64,000 nt of DNA from Dicyema japonicum (Eukaryota > Animalia > Dicyemida): contig RDEW01000022.1 of NCBI GenBank assembly GCA_011109175.1, positions 642,273-706,272 on the forward strand, given 5' to 3'. Below, piece by piece: positions 63,305 through 64,000 of the stretch; the first letter of the stretch is position 1, and the number at the start of each line of letters is the position of its first letter. Position numbers and translations under genes: made by a program. Below the pieces are notes generated by a model. That model made no database searches. It had not been told where the DNA came from and saw only the letters and a list, made by a program, of their open reading frames with translations.

Positions 63305-64000
63305 ATGGGTCGTTATTATACTCGTTCTAAAGCTCGTGAGGAAAGTGAGTATTATTCGTTAATGTTATAGGAGAGCGATCTTTTCAGGGTGATTCAATCC
63401 ACGATGACACTGAAAACTCTTTTTCTGAAGTCACTGGGAATGACTCGTTTTATGTTAATTCTCAGAGTTCAATCGTTACTGAAAACAATCAAGAGGATGA
63501 GTCCAACTCAATACTGAAAATCTCACAAAAGGAACCCACCAGACAAAGATTCAAATTAATTCAAAACAAGAAAGAAATGTCAAGTAACGCTTCCATTACT
63601 GATGGAGCCAAATCCAAAACTGTTCAAAACAAGAAAGAAATGTCAAGTAACGCTTCCATTACTGATGGAGCCAAATCCAAAAACTGTTCAAAACAAGATA
63701 AGCTCCAAATCTCAGGAAACAGAAGAAACCGAAACACCAGAGATGATTAGCCCATCTTACAAAACTGAAGCAACCAAAATAGCACAAAATAAGAGAAACT
63801 CTAAACCCCAGAAAACAAAAGGAACCGAAACATCGGAGATGGTTATCAGTCCTTCCGAAACTGAGACTTTCAAAACCAAAAAAAGAATTAAGAGTTTCCA
63901 TCCCAGCATATCTGAACGAACGGAAAAACCAAAAACCGTTACCAGTCCTGTCAAAAATGAGAGACGTAATATAATTTCGGCACGTGGCTTATGCAAACTG
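63305..64000 (+). CDS. 5' part of an unidentified low-complexity S/T/E/K-rich protein; runs off the window
   Basis: MGRYYTRSKAREE, a 26-nt GT-AG intron, then a long open frame apart from one extra A at ~63683. Confidence 0.55.
63560..63697 (+). repeat. tandem 63-bp (21-codon) duplication
   Basis: ttcaaaacaagaaagaaatgtcaagtaacgcttccattactgatggagccaaatccaaaactg occurs twice. Confidence 0.92.

Noticed and set aside
63659-63996. Hydrophobic minus-strand ORFs as membrane proteins
   Set aside because: They are antisense shadows of an A-rich plus-strand coding region.

Overview
AT-rich eukaryotic, most likely animal, nuclear DNA using the standard code. Compact housekeeping genes are split by about 75 ultra-short spliceosomal introns, mostly 20-28 nt. 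That is why the ORF track shows only fragments. Genes reconstructed by hand: ABT1/Esf2, MSH4 (damaged), an RDH-type SDR, PKA catalytic subunit, mL53, AASDH, RPA49/POLR1E, MRPL9, SPT5, Rab5, a PARL pseudogene and a few unidentified genes. They sit as islands among decayed mobile elements: APE-type LINEs with 2A-like peptides, RTE, CRE/RLE-type LINEs, Tc1/IS630, pogo, hAT, MULE, a Ginger-like integrase and a tRNA-derived SINE. Tiny introns at vertebrate-conserved positions suggest a dicyemid-like reduced animal parasite (inference). Signals the annotation does not explain: (1) the palindrome CACGTG occurs 37 times by hand count against about 6 expected, in all reading frames; (2) recurrent one-base-missing frameshifts near gene 5' ends, each repairable by extending a C on the sense strand (editing or assembly error); (3) a C-rich to G-rich skew switch inside each gene; (4) GA-AG and GC-AG micro-introns. 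All coordinates, counts and gene models are manual; mobile element boundaries are approximate.
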